A DNA stretch of 64,000 nt from Octopus sinensis (taxonomy: Eukaryota): positions 142,972,001 to 143,036,000 of the forward strand of contig NC_042998.1 in NCBI RefSeq assembly GCF_006345805.1, in the 5' to 3' direction. Positions 39,030 through 51,616 of this stretch are shown in pieces. Numbering within the stretch: the first letter of the stretch is position 1; each line of letters starts with the position of its first letter. A program made the position numbers and the translations under genes. The notes under the pieces are model-generated. The model was not told the DNA's origin. It worked only from the letters and a program-made list of their open reading frames with translations, and did not search any database.

Positions 39030-39400
39030 AACTTGGTAAGAAGTTTGCTTACCAACCACATTGTTCCGGATTCAGTCCCACCACATGACACCTTTGGTAA
39101 GTGTCTTCTACTATAGTCTAGCGCCGACCAAAGCCTTGTGAGTGGATTTTGTAGACGCAATCTGAAAGAAACCTGTCATATATGTTTGTGTGTGTTTGTT
39201 CTCCCCCCATCACCTCTTGACAAATGGTGTTGGTGTGTTGATATTGCCATAACTTAGCGGTTCAGCAAAAGAAACTGATAAAATAAGTACTACACTTAAA
39301 AAATAATTCCTGGGGTCAATTTGTTTGACTAAAACCCTTGAAGGTGGTGCTCCAGAATGGCTACAGTCAAATGACTGTAAGAAGTAAAAGAGTAAAAGAA
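39030..39400 (+). mobile_element. CORE-like tRNA-derived SINE plus 3' module (representative of many copies)
   Basis: GGATTCAGTCCCAC...CCTTTGGTAAGTGTCTTCTACTATAG...GTGGATTT.GTAGAC, then a (TG)n spacer and GGTGGTGCTCCAG.ATGGC.ACAGTCAAATGACTG tail; relatives at ~10550-10890, 25525-25890, 42290-42400, 57310-57850. Confidence 0.75.
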
Positions 39401-42397
39401 TAAAAATATTTAAAAGAACCAAAGAGAGTGCAGCTGAAATTTGACATTAATTAGCAAGATTCGTTGGGGGATACAGGTTGTATCTATTATAGAATATCCT
39501 CCTCATTTTGTAAGTTAAGATGTTTTTCAATTCATATAAGTAATTTTTAATGTAAAGTATTCTTATGCCTCTCTCTTTTCCAACATTATGTTTATCCAGG
39601 AAATTAAATCTTATATGTTTGTCTCACTTTTTTATATTGTCTTTGTTAATTATAATGACTGAAATGGACAGAAAATTATACAAAATGTAATTCTAAAGAC
39701 AGGGAGAAAGAAAAAGAGAGTTTCTAGTAAACTTAAAGATTTCGGTTAAAATATTGGTTAATTTATTCACAGAAACCTGAGAAGGTACTGTGTTGTCACT
39801 GCCAATGTTACTACCACTATCACCATCATCATAATCCCCCCCCCCCCCCAAAAAAAAACACCACCACTGCCATCATAATCATGTCAAAAAACAACCACCT
39901 CACCACCATTATTAATCTTATAATATGCTGCTGTTTTGTTCATTTTTTTCTCTTTTCAATGGATAACATCTGAAGTTTCTCTATTTGTTTTTGGATTCTT
40001 TACTATCAAAGGTTGTAAAAAGCTAAAAATATTGATATTTGTAAATGACCACACATCAACATTTGTCCTTCATTATATCCAAACCTGTCACCTATTCCCC
40101 ATCTCTCACAACCTCTACTCACCCATACTCCTCATTCTTCTGGCCCCACTCACTTCTACTTTCGTCATACCTTAAGTATCCACCAAGCCACTTCCACCAC
40201 CACTTTATTCCTTCTGATCTCCACTCCAAATGCCCCACCCTATCTTCTAAAATGTGAGCAACCATGAAGCTCCTTGACAGCAAGAAACCTGTTCTGCCCT
40301 GGTCCCTTCCCTCATACCTTAACCCCTCATCTTCTAGCATAAAGCTGCCTCTTTTGTTGTTTGTAATTTTGCAAGCTGCATGGTGACCTGACTGGTGCCA
40401 GTAGCATGAAAAAATGCACTCAATACACTTTGTAACATGGTTGGCATCAGGAGCGCATCCAACCATAGAAACCATGCTAAAGCAGACATTATAATACAAA
40501 GCAGTCCTTATCAAACTATCCAATCCATGCCAGCATGGGAGACAGATGTTAAATGATAAAGATAATATGAATTGTTGAAGCACTTTCTACAACTGGATAA
40601 CCTCAGACAAAAGATCAGCACTACAATACTATATGTGGTATTACCACAATATTTTCTATGATATCAGCAATGCTTAAATTTCGAAAGGTTACCTTGTAAA
40701 GCAATCATCATCATTGTTTAATGTCCATTTTCCATGCTGGCATGGGCTGGATGGTTTAACAGGAGCTGTCCAGACTCCAATTGTCTGTTATGACATGGTT
40801 TCTATGGCTGGATGCCCATCCTAATGCCAACCACTTTACAGAGTGTGCTGGGTGCTTTTTACTTGCTACTGGCCCAGGTGTGTTAATGCAGTACCAGTAC
40901 AAGTGCACTTTATGTGATACCAGTATCTGTAAAAGACAAGCCTATATGTATGGATGACAGAGATTTTACTCAGTTTGACACATCTTCTCAAGCCCAGCAC
41001 ATAGCCACAACTTTTGAGGGAGTCTATTGTCTGCACATTTTTAATGTGAAGATTTGAGTACACAATATAATTGTTTCTCTGATGTGCTTTGTACTTTTTT
41101 GCTTAGAACAGTGCTTCTGATTTCTTTTAATTACTAAAAATTAAATTGCTGGAAATTTGTTGTCTTTGAGGTCATTGCCAGTGCCGTTGGACTGGCTCCT
41201 GTGCAGGTGGCACATAAAAAACACCATTTGAGGGTAGCCATTGCCAGTACCACCTGACTTGCCCTCGTGCTGGTGGCACATAAAATCACCCACTACACTC
41301 TCGGAGTGGTTGGTGTTAGGAAGGGCATCCAGCTGTAGAAACTCTGCCAGATCAGATTGGAGCCTGGTGCAGCCATCTGGCTTGCCAGTCCTCAGTCAAA
41401 CCGTCCAACCTTTGCCAGCATGGAAAGCAGACGTTAAACGATGATAATGATGATGATGTACCCGTACATTTATCACACACAAAAACTATTTTCTCTGTTA
41501 ATCTTCCTGTGATACTGCTATCAGAGTATTGCATTAAGGTGCCATCGTTGGGGAAAAACTGACAGGAAACTCAAGACACTGCTTTTATGATAGTAATACT
41601 TATAGATAAGTATAGTGCATTGCCAAGAAAAGGAGACAAACACACACACACATATATACTTATATGTGTGTATAGTGCATTGTGCAATTATTGGTAGGAT
41701 CAACAGAAAAAGTACTTCATATATACACCATTATCATTTAATGTTCATGCTTTCATGAGTTGGTAGTTTGACAGGATCTGGCAAGCCTCAGTTGTAACAA
41801 GTATCACTCATACAAATAGTGTCTTTCATTTCCAATGTTCCATGAAAACATATCTGGCCATAGGGAAATATTACCTTACAGGGGAACAAGTAAAGGTTGG
41901 TGACAGGAAAGGCATCTGGCCAAAGAAAATCTGCTTCATCACATTCACCTGGGAAAGCCATGTATCTCTCCTTCAGCAAGATACCTGTTCATTCCTCTAT
42001 CATATTTTTCCCTCACTCAATATCATACTCCCACTCAGTTGAGGGGTCTTTGTGAGTTACTTTGTAACTTCACAGCATGGAAAATGAATGTTAGATCATG
42101 ATGATGATGACATATTCTTCAAAGAATAATTTTATCCCCTGGATTACTGATAGTTGAGCCTGTATGAGGAGTTTACTGTGATAGCCATAGGATTCTCTGA
42201 ATCCATATCTTATACTGCTCATTTATCATCATCATCGTTTAACGTCCACTTTCCATGCTAGCATGGGTTGGACAAAGAAATCTCCATTCATTAGTCAGCC
42301 CGAGGCTATAGTAGTAGACACTTGCCCAAGGTGCCACGCAGTACTGAACCCGGAACCATGTGGTTTTTAATCAAGCTAGTTACTGCACAGCCACTCC

Positions 42398-42434
<37 letters not shown>

Positions 42435-42455
42435 GATTAATGAGAGAGATGAAAG

Positions 42456-42645
42456 TTGATCACTACAATTGTTTCAACCCATCTCGCATCAATTCCTCAT
42501 GGGTGGGTATATTGAACATCTGGTTTTAGGTGTAACTGTCAGTGTAAATGTGTTTCCTCAAAGTGACAAGGTGTATCTCATTAAAATAACATTTGTTCCT
42601 GTGAGGAACTGATGCTAGATGGGTTGAAACAATTGCCATGATCAA
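42456..42645. mobile_element. Penelope-type fold-back with decayed hammerhead
   Basis: ~45-bp inverted arms, both containing GAAACAATTG; minus strand UCAC U UUGAGGA AAC...GUU GAAAC-AAUU-GUA GUGA. Confidence 0.55.
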
Positions 42646-42740
42646 TAAACATTCTTGTATCTGAGAAAGTGAATGTGATTTACTGAAAAACTACCAGGTC
42701 TATAACATGATTTATTAACTAATAATAACAATAATATATA

Positions 42741-43571
42741 CAGGGTGTCCCAAGAGTCACTGATCAGTTTCAGCTTTTAATAGCTTCCTTAACTTTACAA
42801 ATAAAAGTATGAAATTTTGATACAATATAAAAGACATAATGGAAATTAATATGCACAAGTCAAATTTTGCAACATCACCTATGAAAAATGTCATTGTTTA
42901 AATGGCATCATAAGTTTTGGAAAGAGCACAGAAACAAAGTTTCAGATCCCACTTCTCTGATTTCTTCTATTGATGTCCTCCTTCAGTTGCACCAGGGTCT
43001 CCGGTTTGTTGATGTAAACTTTCTCTTTCAGGTATCCCAACAAGAAAAGATCCGGTCTAGTCAAGTCTAGGGAATGTAAAGGCCATTCAAAGTAGACCTC
43101 ACACATGGTTTCAGTAAGATGGGGCAACAGTTCATACAAGAGAAACAATGCAGTTGCTACAGCAGTGCTTCAGAGAGAGAATAATCTCCCACTACAGCAA
43201 TGTCAATTGGCCTTTACGCTCTTCAGACTTGACTAGCCCAAATTTTTTCTTGTGGAGATATCTGAAGGAGAGGGTTTACATCAAGAAACCAAAAACCCTG
43301 GTGCAACTGAAGAACATCAATAGAGAAATCAAAGAAGTGGATCTGAAACACTTGAGAGTGTTATGGTGCAAGTTTTGGAAAGAGCATGGGCATGCGAAGC
43401 TGAAAATGGCTGCCATTTTTCATTTGTGATGTAGTGGTGTTGGAAAATTTGACTTGTGCATATTAATTTCCATTATGTCATTTATAATGTATCGAAACTT
43501 CATGCATTTATTTGTAAAGTTAAGGAAGTTATTAGAAATTGAAACCCATTAGTGACTTTTGGGATATCCTC
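42741..43571. mobile_element. Palindromic Tc1/mariner (maT/rosa-like) derivative made of two inverted transposase 3' ends
   Basis: TIR CAGGGTGTCCC / GGGATATCCTC; both strands encode WP..S.DLT.PDLFLLGYLKEKVY / WPLRSSDLTSPNFFLWRYLKERVY reading outward. Confidence 0.85.
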
Positions 43572-43647
43572 TGTGTGTGTGTATATATATATATATATAT
43601 ACATATATATCATTATCATCATCGTTTAACATCCGTTCTCCATGCTA

Positions 43648-43690
<43 letters not shown>

Positions 43691-43692
43691 TA

Positions 43693-44245
43693 TGTCAGAT
43701 CACTTTCAAGTGCTACTGGTATCATGTAACCCAGTACAACCTGTTGCATGGTCGGGTCGTTGGCGACTAAACCGGCAACCCCACCAAGCTTGCTTGGTGA
43801 GGAGGGTGTTTATTGGACACCCTGCGGGATGAAAAACAAAACCCGTCAAAGGGCGGAGGAACTCTTGAGAGTCAACGGCCATCCAATAAATGCCTTAAGG
43901 CTGTATCATGCATGGGGACATAGAAATAATCGAACTGAATACCCAATTGTGCGGTTAAACCATTGGGAGTGAAGGACTCCTAGCCTTTATTAGGGTATCC
44001 TTCTAGGAGAAGGTGACTCAGGAAACTGGGATAACTCCGTCATAAAACCTGTGGCTCAGTGGTTACCGATGATGTTGACTTGTTCTTCTTTTCGGATTGT
44101 GGCTGCTGTTGCTTAGTGAGTGGGATTGACTCAGTGCACAGCCTTTCCTCACTTTAAAAAAAATCTTGAACAGGCATTGCACGATAACAACATTGATTAA
44201 GCTTCGAGCAATGGCCATACTCGATAACGAGGGGGCAGCCACCAT
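43693..44245 (+). mobile_element. Non-coding RTE-like retroposon (5'UTR type) with HDV-like ribozyme fold at 43720-43775
   Basis: RTE 5'UTR-like CTAGGAGAAGG motif; nested pseudoknot helices near the 5' end; CpG-retaining; between (TA)n tracts; no credible ORF. Confidence 0.5.
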
Positions 44246-44976
44246 ACATATATATATAAAGACCCCCTTTGGTCACGAATGACCATGGAACAGCACCTAG
44301 AAAATTCTCCTTCAAGGCACAAGTCTGACCAAGGTTGTTTGTGGAAGACCAGCAATTGCCCATGCATACCAGTCTTCCTTCTCTATACCACTGATGTCCA
44401 AAGAAAAGAGGCTGATACAGCTTGGCACCAGTGACATTGCAACTCATTTCTACAGCATTGTGTGCACATATATCATATGTATGCATGCGTGTGTATCTTT
44501 GACCCCTATCCCTATTGCTTGACACCCAAAATTGGTTTGTTTACATTACTGCAAGTTAGCAGTTCAGCAAAAATAAGTACCAAACTTTCAAAAAAGGAAG
44601 TACTGGGTTTGAGTTGATCGAATAAACCCTTCAAAACAGTGCTTCAGCATGCCCATTTTTAATGACTGAAACCAGTAAAAGAATTAACTGATTAAAGTAA
44701 TATGGTGCTACATTTCAAATAACCTTGTAGTCACAATTACTTTTGTTTTCAAATTATATGTCGTATTTATTTTTTATCTTTTACTTGCTTCAATCATTAG
44801 ATTGTGACCATGGTGAGATACTGCCTCAAAAGTTGTTTGGTTTTTTTTTTTGTCTTTTTTTAGTCAAACAAATTAACCACAGTAGTTATGTTTAGGTCCG
44901 GTACTTATTCTATCAGTCTCTTTCATTGAACTGAGTTACAGAAATGTAAACAGATCAATACAAGATGTTAAGCACA

Positions 44977-45020
<44 letters not shown>

Positions 45021-47627
45021 CTACATACACAATTTTCAGTTTTTGTCTACCAAACTGGTAGGCCCAAGGCTACAGTAGAAGACATTTGTTCAAATTCCGC
45101 CAATGTCAACTTCGACTGTCATCCTTTCAGGGTTGATAAAATAAAGTACAATTCAAGTACTGGGGTCAATGTAATTGACTATACCCCTCTTCTAACATGT
45201 GCCAAAGATATGAAAGAATTACTGTAGCAGAAGACATTTGCACAAGTGAAACTGAGCCCACAACCAAGTGGAAGGAAAGTGAACTTCTTAACCACTCTGC
45301 CATGCCTGCAACTATTATCGATACGTTTTATCGTTTTATTTACAACCTCGAGACACTAACATCGACAGCACAATGAGATTTCACATAGATTGCAATCTAC
45401 TGTGAGATATGTGAAACAACTAAAAGTATATAAACGTCCTATCAACATAAACAGACATCTCAACATGAACTTTTGAGAGTTAACATGCAGTTTAGAGATT
45501 TAAAGAAATGAATATAAACTGATAGAAATGACGACAGTGACAACCCTCAAGAGAACTGGTGAAATCCCTTAATTTTATTAACAGAGCTCCCTCATTATGT
45601 CATGTCCACATGTAGCTACTGATACAGTACCTTTTAGTAATATCTTAAGTATCTGTAGCAGCAAAGGTAAACGTTTCATAAGTACTATAACTTGCAACAA
45701 ATAACACTAGTGAAAAGCGAATTCGGTGATTTACATGTCGACGCATGATAACCACCATGGTTAAATGTGAATATTGCAATAACCCTGCACCACAAATGAA
45801 CAGTACAAAAAGGACGGGAACTAGTGGCGTTGTTCCTATCGATTCACTGTAGAATAGAATGTTGACAAAATTCACTTCCGGTCAATTTACTCTCAAATTT
45901 AAAAATTGCTAAACTACACCTTAGCCTTATTTAGGACATAACGTGTTATTAAGAGAAGATTATTTATTTAATGTATTGCTCTTCGTTCATCAGTTTAGCT
46001 TGATATTTTACGCTGCATTCGTTTTGTATCAAAAGTCAAGGACGTTTTGAAGACGAACGTATTGAGCAAGATTATTACTAAAACGTCTAAATTCTGCTTT
46101 AAACACGCCAAATAATCCCTCATTGCGCTTTTAGTTTTTGGAATTTTCGGAAAATTAAAAAAATTTTGTGGATTTGTGTTTTACGCACGGTAATTCATAT
46201 AACCATGAAAACAAAAAACATTTCAATTTTTCAAGATTTAAGAAATTTATTCTTAATTTTTCGAATTCTTTTTTAAAAATCAGTTTAAAATACGGACAGT
46301 CCGAAGCTTTGACTTAAATCCCTGCAATAGACCATTAACTGTGTTTATGGGGAGAAAGATATTGAAAAACATTAATACGTCAGAGTGACAAACGAGGACG
46401 GTATGAGGTGGTCATGAGAGGTGTTAAAAATAACAGCTAAATACCTCCTTTAATCACACGTCTTTTCATTTTTGCATAGCCGAATGGATTTCCGTGTGTA
46501 GAACACAAATTCGCAAAAATATAAAAAGTTATGAGGGGGATATATGGCGTGCTTAAAACAATCCCGCCATCTATAATATTTTAAAAACCATTCAGTAATT
46601 TGTTGATGGTCATTACACAACATAATGATGTTACAGAAGTGGAATGGAAAACATTGCAAAAACATTCTAGAATTACTTTCGATTTGTATTTTAGAAGGCT
46701 AAACCTCAGGACGGATACTTTTTCCTTCATACAACCGATTTTATGTTAATAACAAATAACATCAATGAAAATAATGTCAGTTTTTTTTTTTTCTGTTGTT
46801 GTGGGATAATTATTTTCTTTTTGATTAAAATATGTTTTAATTAGAAAAAAATTAACGAACATAATCGTAACCTACGCCTTCAAAAACATATATCTGTCAA
46901 ATTTCATTAAAAAAATATGCATTATTAAGAAAATTATGAGGGGAGAAAAATATGAGCGAAGGTAGGGGCACTTAACTGTAGTTATGCCCCCATTTCTCAT
47001 TGTTCCTGTGATTTTTTTTTTTTATAAATTTGTATTGCGATAATTAATTTTCAAGATGTTTTGAAGTGTATTCGTGAGCCATATACAATTCATTATATTG
47101 GTGACATTTTAACCATTGGAAAGTCGTTTGCAAAAGAACAAAGATACTTCGTTCGCAGATTTCATCGTGATAGGCGTGGTCGTGCAATATGTGGCCCGAG
47201 GTCTCGAAAAAACAACTATGGATTGAAACTTACAATGTAATGCTATTTGGTCGTATTTCATGCTTTTGCGTGGTTCTGCTTGCGTTGCAGCGCTAGATGC
47301 ATCAATCGATGAGGTGTTTATTATGTATGTATGTATATAGATGAGTGTCTGCGTGCAGTCGGACTCACATGGTGAGAACGAACGGCTTATCGATTTTAGA
47401 CGAACTGAGTCAGTGATCCGATTGCTATTCCGAGATAGAACAGCTACCCTTAAATTGCCAATGCCTGAAATACGAGAATTTCTCTTTACCCTCACCTGAA
47501 GAAAATCTGAAGTTTCACGCTTTGTAAGAAACATGTTGTTACACATAAATTAGATGATATCAAACCGAGTGTTTTACCAAAAATAAAATAAAATAAAAAG
47601 GCAATAATCTCCAGTGACAATACGTAC

Positions 47628-47749
47628 ATCTCTTTCTGTGTTTGGATCATACAGCCAACATCTTCCTTGTTGATCTGACAAGTGAGTGCTTCAGTAAAAG
47701 TCGTGGCATAGTCTTCTATAGACAACGGAGACGTCTGACCGTCCGACAT
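47628..47749 (-). CDS. KXD1: KxDL motif-containing protein 1, coding exon 1 (MSDGQTSPLSIEDYATTFTEALTCQINKEDVGCMIQTQKEM)
   Basis: ATG at 47749; peptide aligns by eye to the KXD1 N-terminus (F...L...VN.DDV..II..QK.M); phase-2 donor AT|GTACGT; joins exon 2 in frame. Confidence 0.88.
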
Positions 47750-49130
47750 TTCAATACAGAAATATTGGAAACGTCTAAGAACCGCTTTCCGACTGTCGCA
47801 AAACAAAACACGCACAGCTATAATGGAGGTGTGGATGTAGAAAGTTAGATATTTAACTGCATAAAATTAGGTCGGTAAACGTTTAATAAAACAGATTTGT
47901 TGTTATTATTTAATATTAAGGTGATTTTTAAATTTGAGAGAATTTCTCTCTCTTCCCCCCTTTTTCTCTATTCCTTCTCTGTCTCTCCTCTCTCTCTCTC
48001 TCTCTCTCTCACGTACGCGTGCGTGTGTGTGTCGTCACGATTTCATAACATCATTACTTAAAGTAAACAAATAACAAAAATAAAATACCAGAAACAATAC
48101 TTCACCAATTTTCTTTAAAGAAAAAAACTAAACACAGTGCGTACATATATTTTCTGATACAGAGACGCACTTTTTTTTATTTGTTTACTGTTGCAAGGAG
48201 GCCTAGTCACACGACTTTAACGTAAATGGGTTTCCATATGTTTACATCTTTCTTAACATTGGACAAAATGGCTGGGACTTGTTACACAATTACGGGAACT
48301 CTCGTCCCACTTTCCATATGTAATATTACTAGGATATAAACAAAAAAAGGTTCATTCATTGAGTCATAACTAATATTTACAAAGGTAAGTGGTTATGATT
48401 ACAACAAAATTAAGAGATAATCATTAGGATTTTAGTACCATGATTTCATAAGATTTTTTTCTTTTTATTTTGGCTTTGTATGAGGAAAGAGAAAACAAGA
48501 TCAGGCAGTATTTTTCTTTCAGACTGGAAGGAGGGGGGAGAGATGTACAAAAATGACGGCTGTCTGCCAAGGCATTTTCCATAAAGCTACTTGCTTTTCT
48601 ATTATATTATTCCCTTTTTGTTTATAATTACACTGCTCTCTTTCAACAGGTAAAATATACTCGACATGTGGTTAATTTCTCGTTATTACACTAACATACA
48701 TACCAGCATAAATCTACACGTTTGCTCGCTGATTAATTATATTTTTTCCCTTTAACCTTTGATAAAATAACTAACAACAATAAAATCCGATATTTAGTTT
48801 TATATATTTCTTGTTTCTTTCTCTGTAGTTCACATAATCAACACGTTTACAGGCGCTGTTTAGTCTTACAACTAAATTAGTCTTCAATTAATAGAGCTAA
48901 CCTGTTCTTCTTACCTGAGGTAGCGTGGTCGGTGTTAGCATGATATAGAAACAATACTATCTGACTAATAACCGTGTGGTGTTTCTTATTTATTTTTGTA
49001 TTTATTCGAACTTATCACATGTTTGCCAATGTCAAGTCAGAGGAATACTTAGATATTACGCTATATTAATAAACCATGGACGTGTTCCTTAGTTTGTTGT
49101 GCCGGATCTTCGGCGCACATCTTCCTCTTC
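47750..49130. promoter_or_regulatory. KXD1 5' / promoter region, possibly bidirectional
   Basis: Repeat-poor, locally CpG-containing; minus-strand acceptor CTAATTTTATGCAG| before 47856 and donor CAG|GTAAGA at 48915; plus-strand YY1-like CAAAATGGCTG at 48264 and donor AAG|GTAAGT at 48384. Confidence 0.4.
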
Positions 49131-49279
49131 ATGTCTATTTACAAAATAACGAAGTTCATATGGTGTTATATAATTTATTTACTCTTTGTCTCAATGTGCA
49201 TATATTTTACTTTGTGTTTGTGTATATATGTGTGTGTGTGTGTGTCTGTTTTATAGAATTTATTGAGCGTGTGTGTATA

Positions 49280-49325
49280 CATATCGTATGCATGTGTGTG
49301 TGTATATGTATGTATGTATATATAT

Positions 49326-49362
<37 letters not shown>

Positions 49363-49464
49363 CGTATGCATGTATATATATATATATATATATCGTATGC
49401 ATGTATATATATATATATATATATCGTATGCATGTATATATATATATATATATATATCGTATGC

Positions 49465-49505
<41 letters not shown>
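49280..49505. repeat. (AT)n array punctuated five times by CGTATGCATG
   Basis: Read directly. Confidence 0.9.
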
Positions 49506-49508
<3 letters not shown>

Positions 49509-51137
49509 CGTCTCTGTGCACACACATAAACAAGAATATTTATCTGTTGGTGGATATTTATGTCTACGCATGTGGTTATGTTTATATACTTGAAGATGCT
49601 TTACAAATTAACAATTGTAGGACAACAGGGTGTGTATAATATACAAACACACGAATGTATACTTTGTTTAAATCCAGGTCAACACTGATCGGACAGATCA
49701 TTTTCAAGATCGCTTCCAGCCACGATCATCCCATCTTTGTGTATCTCAAAATTGGTCAATCTCTCCTCTATTTAAGATTGCAGAGTGTAGTATGAGATAT
49801 GGCTGCTATTTCTAGCTGCTCCAGTGACCACGCAGAAGCTCTCTCGTCAGTTAGTTACTGTTGATTAACCATAGTCAGCTGTTGTCGAGCAGACCTCTGA
49901 TCAATTATGTTCCATCCGTGACCATCCCGTCCATTTCCTAAACATATTTAGGATTATATTATCCAATATACCTTTCTTTTTTTTTTCTTTTTTGTAAAAT
50001 ATAATGTATGATTTGAGGGAATGGGCTGCTATTTCTAGCGGATTGTATGACAAGACACAGGCTTTTTAGGGCTCTTATTAAGCCCCAGATCAGCTCTCAT
50101 CGAGTTGACTCAACGATGAAGACAATCTAGCCATGACTATTTTGTCTTTTTACTCAAATGAACATTTTTTAAAGACTATAGGGTGTAATATTAGGGAGCT
50201 TCGATCTTATTTTTCGCAAGTCGAGCTGCTGCCTAGAGAGAGGCTCTTTTATTTGGAAGGTAACTTTATAATAGACACAAGGATTCCGGCTTTTTGTTAT
50301 TTTTTGAAAATATGTTTAGGTTTCTTTAAGAATAGATTTCGTGGATTAAAAGCTCACACATACCCTTTCACGTAAACACGTTTACACACAAGCACGCACA
50401 TTAAAACACATCCACGTCTACGCATATTCACATCATGCACACACACACACACACGCAAACGTGCGCACACACGCTTCGTCTATTTTAGCTAAGAAAATTC
50501 AAACTAGCAGACAACTGGTATAAAATGTTATTAACACCCTTTTAATTAGGAAAAAATAAATCACAAGATTAATGTCACGAAACGCGACCTGTATCAGACC
50601 CCCCACACCCAAGCTGCACTCAGTTGCTTTTTAAACTTTAATTTTTTTATTTGACTTTCATTGTTCAAAGCTTCTTGGGATTTCCAACTCTCTTTGGGGA
50701 GTTTCTGATTAGTAATAATATATACCTACCGTTTTCCTATAAATGAAATAAAGGTAGGTTTATTTTCCTTTCACCGTGTTACCTTGTTATTTATTATAAG
50801 ATTAGTCACAGTTATTTTTTCTGTTTTTGAGAAAAAGAAGAAATATCGATGTTCTCATTCCCTCCTCACCCCTTTCTCTCTCTCGCACCCTCTCTCCTTG
50901 CTTCTCTTGATCGTCGAGTTATTCAGGTATAGCCGTATGATTAAGAACTTCGCTTCGCAAGCCCATAGTTTCGGGTTCAGTCATACTGCGCTGCATCTTG
51001 GGCAAGTGTCTTCTCCTGTAGCCCCCTCGGACCAACTCATGCATGGTGAGTGAATTTGGTTGACGGAAACTCTATGGATGCCCGTAACACGTATACATAC
51101 ATATTTATGTGTGTGTTATTGAATAACAAGGGAACAT

Positions 51138-51306
51138 GAATTACGTAATCAATTTCATTAGCTTACGGCTGTTTCTGCTATAAAAAACAGTGCACTCTCT
51201 GTCAGTACTGCGTTTTAATGGCTCCGAGGAACCTATAAAATATTGCACAAACACTCAGCTCTGAGTTCACTTCATCCGTAAGCTAATGAGGTTAATTACG
51301 TAATTC
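51138..51306. mobile_element. Short fold-back element, probably Penelope-derived
   Basis: ~30-bp inverted arms (AATTACGTAATCAATTTCATTAGCTTACGG / CCGTAAGCTAATGAGGTTAATTACGTAATT); GAAAC-AGCC-GUA on the minus strand. Confidence 0.5.
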
Positions 51307-51616
51307 CTATTGCTTGGTTCTTCGCCAAACCTAAGCAAAATCACACACATACAGACAGGGCTGGCTGTGTGGTTAAGAGTTTGCTTCCCAACTGCATGAT
51401 TTTGGGGGTCAGTCCAACTGCGTGGCACCTTGGGATTCTACTATAGCCTCGAGTCAACCATAGACTTGTGAATAGATTTGGTATACTGAAACTGAAAGAA
51501 TCTCGTTGTGCGTACGTGTGTATTTGTATATATATATAATATATATATATATATATTATATATATATATATATAATCTTTCCAAGTGAGAAATTCCAAGA
51601 AGCTTTGAACAATAAA

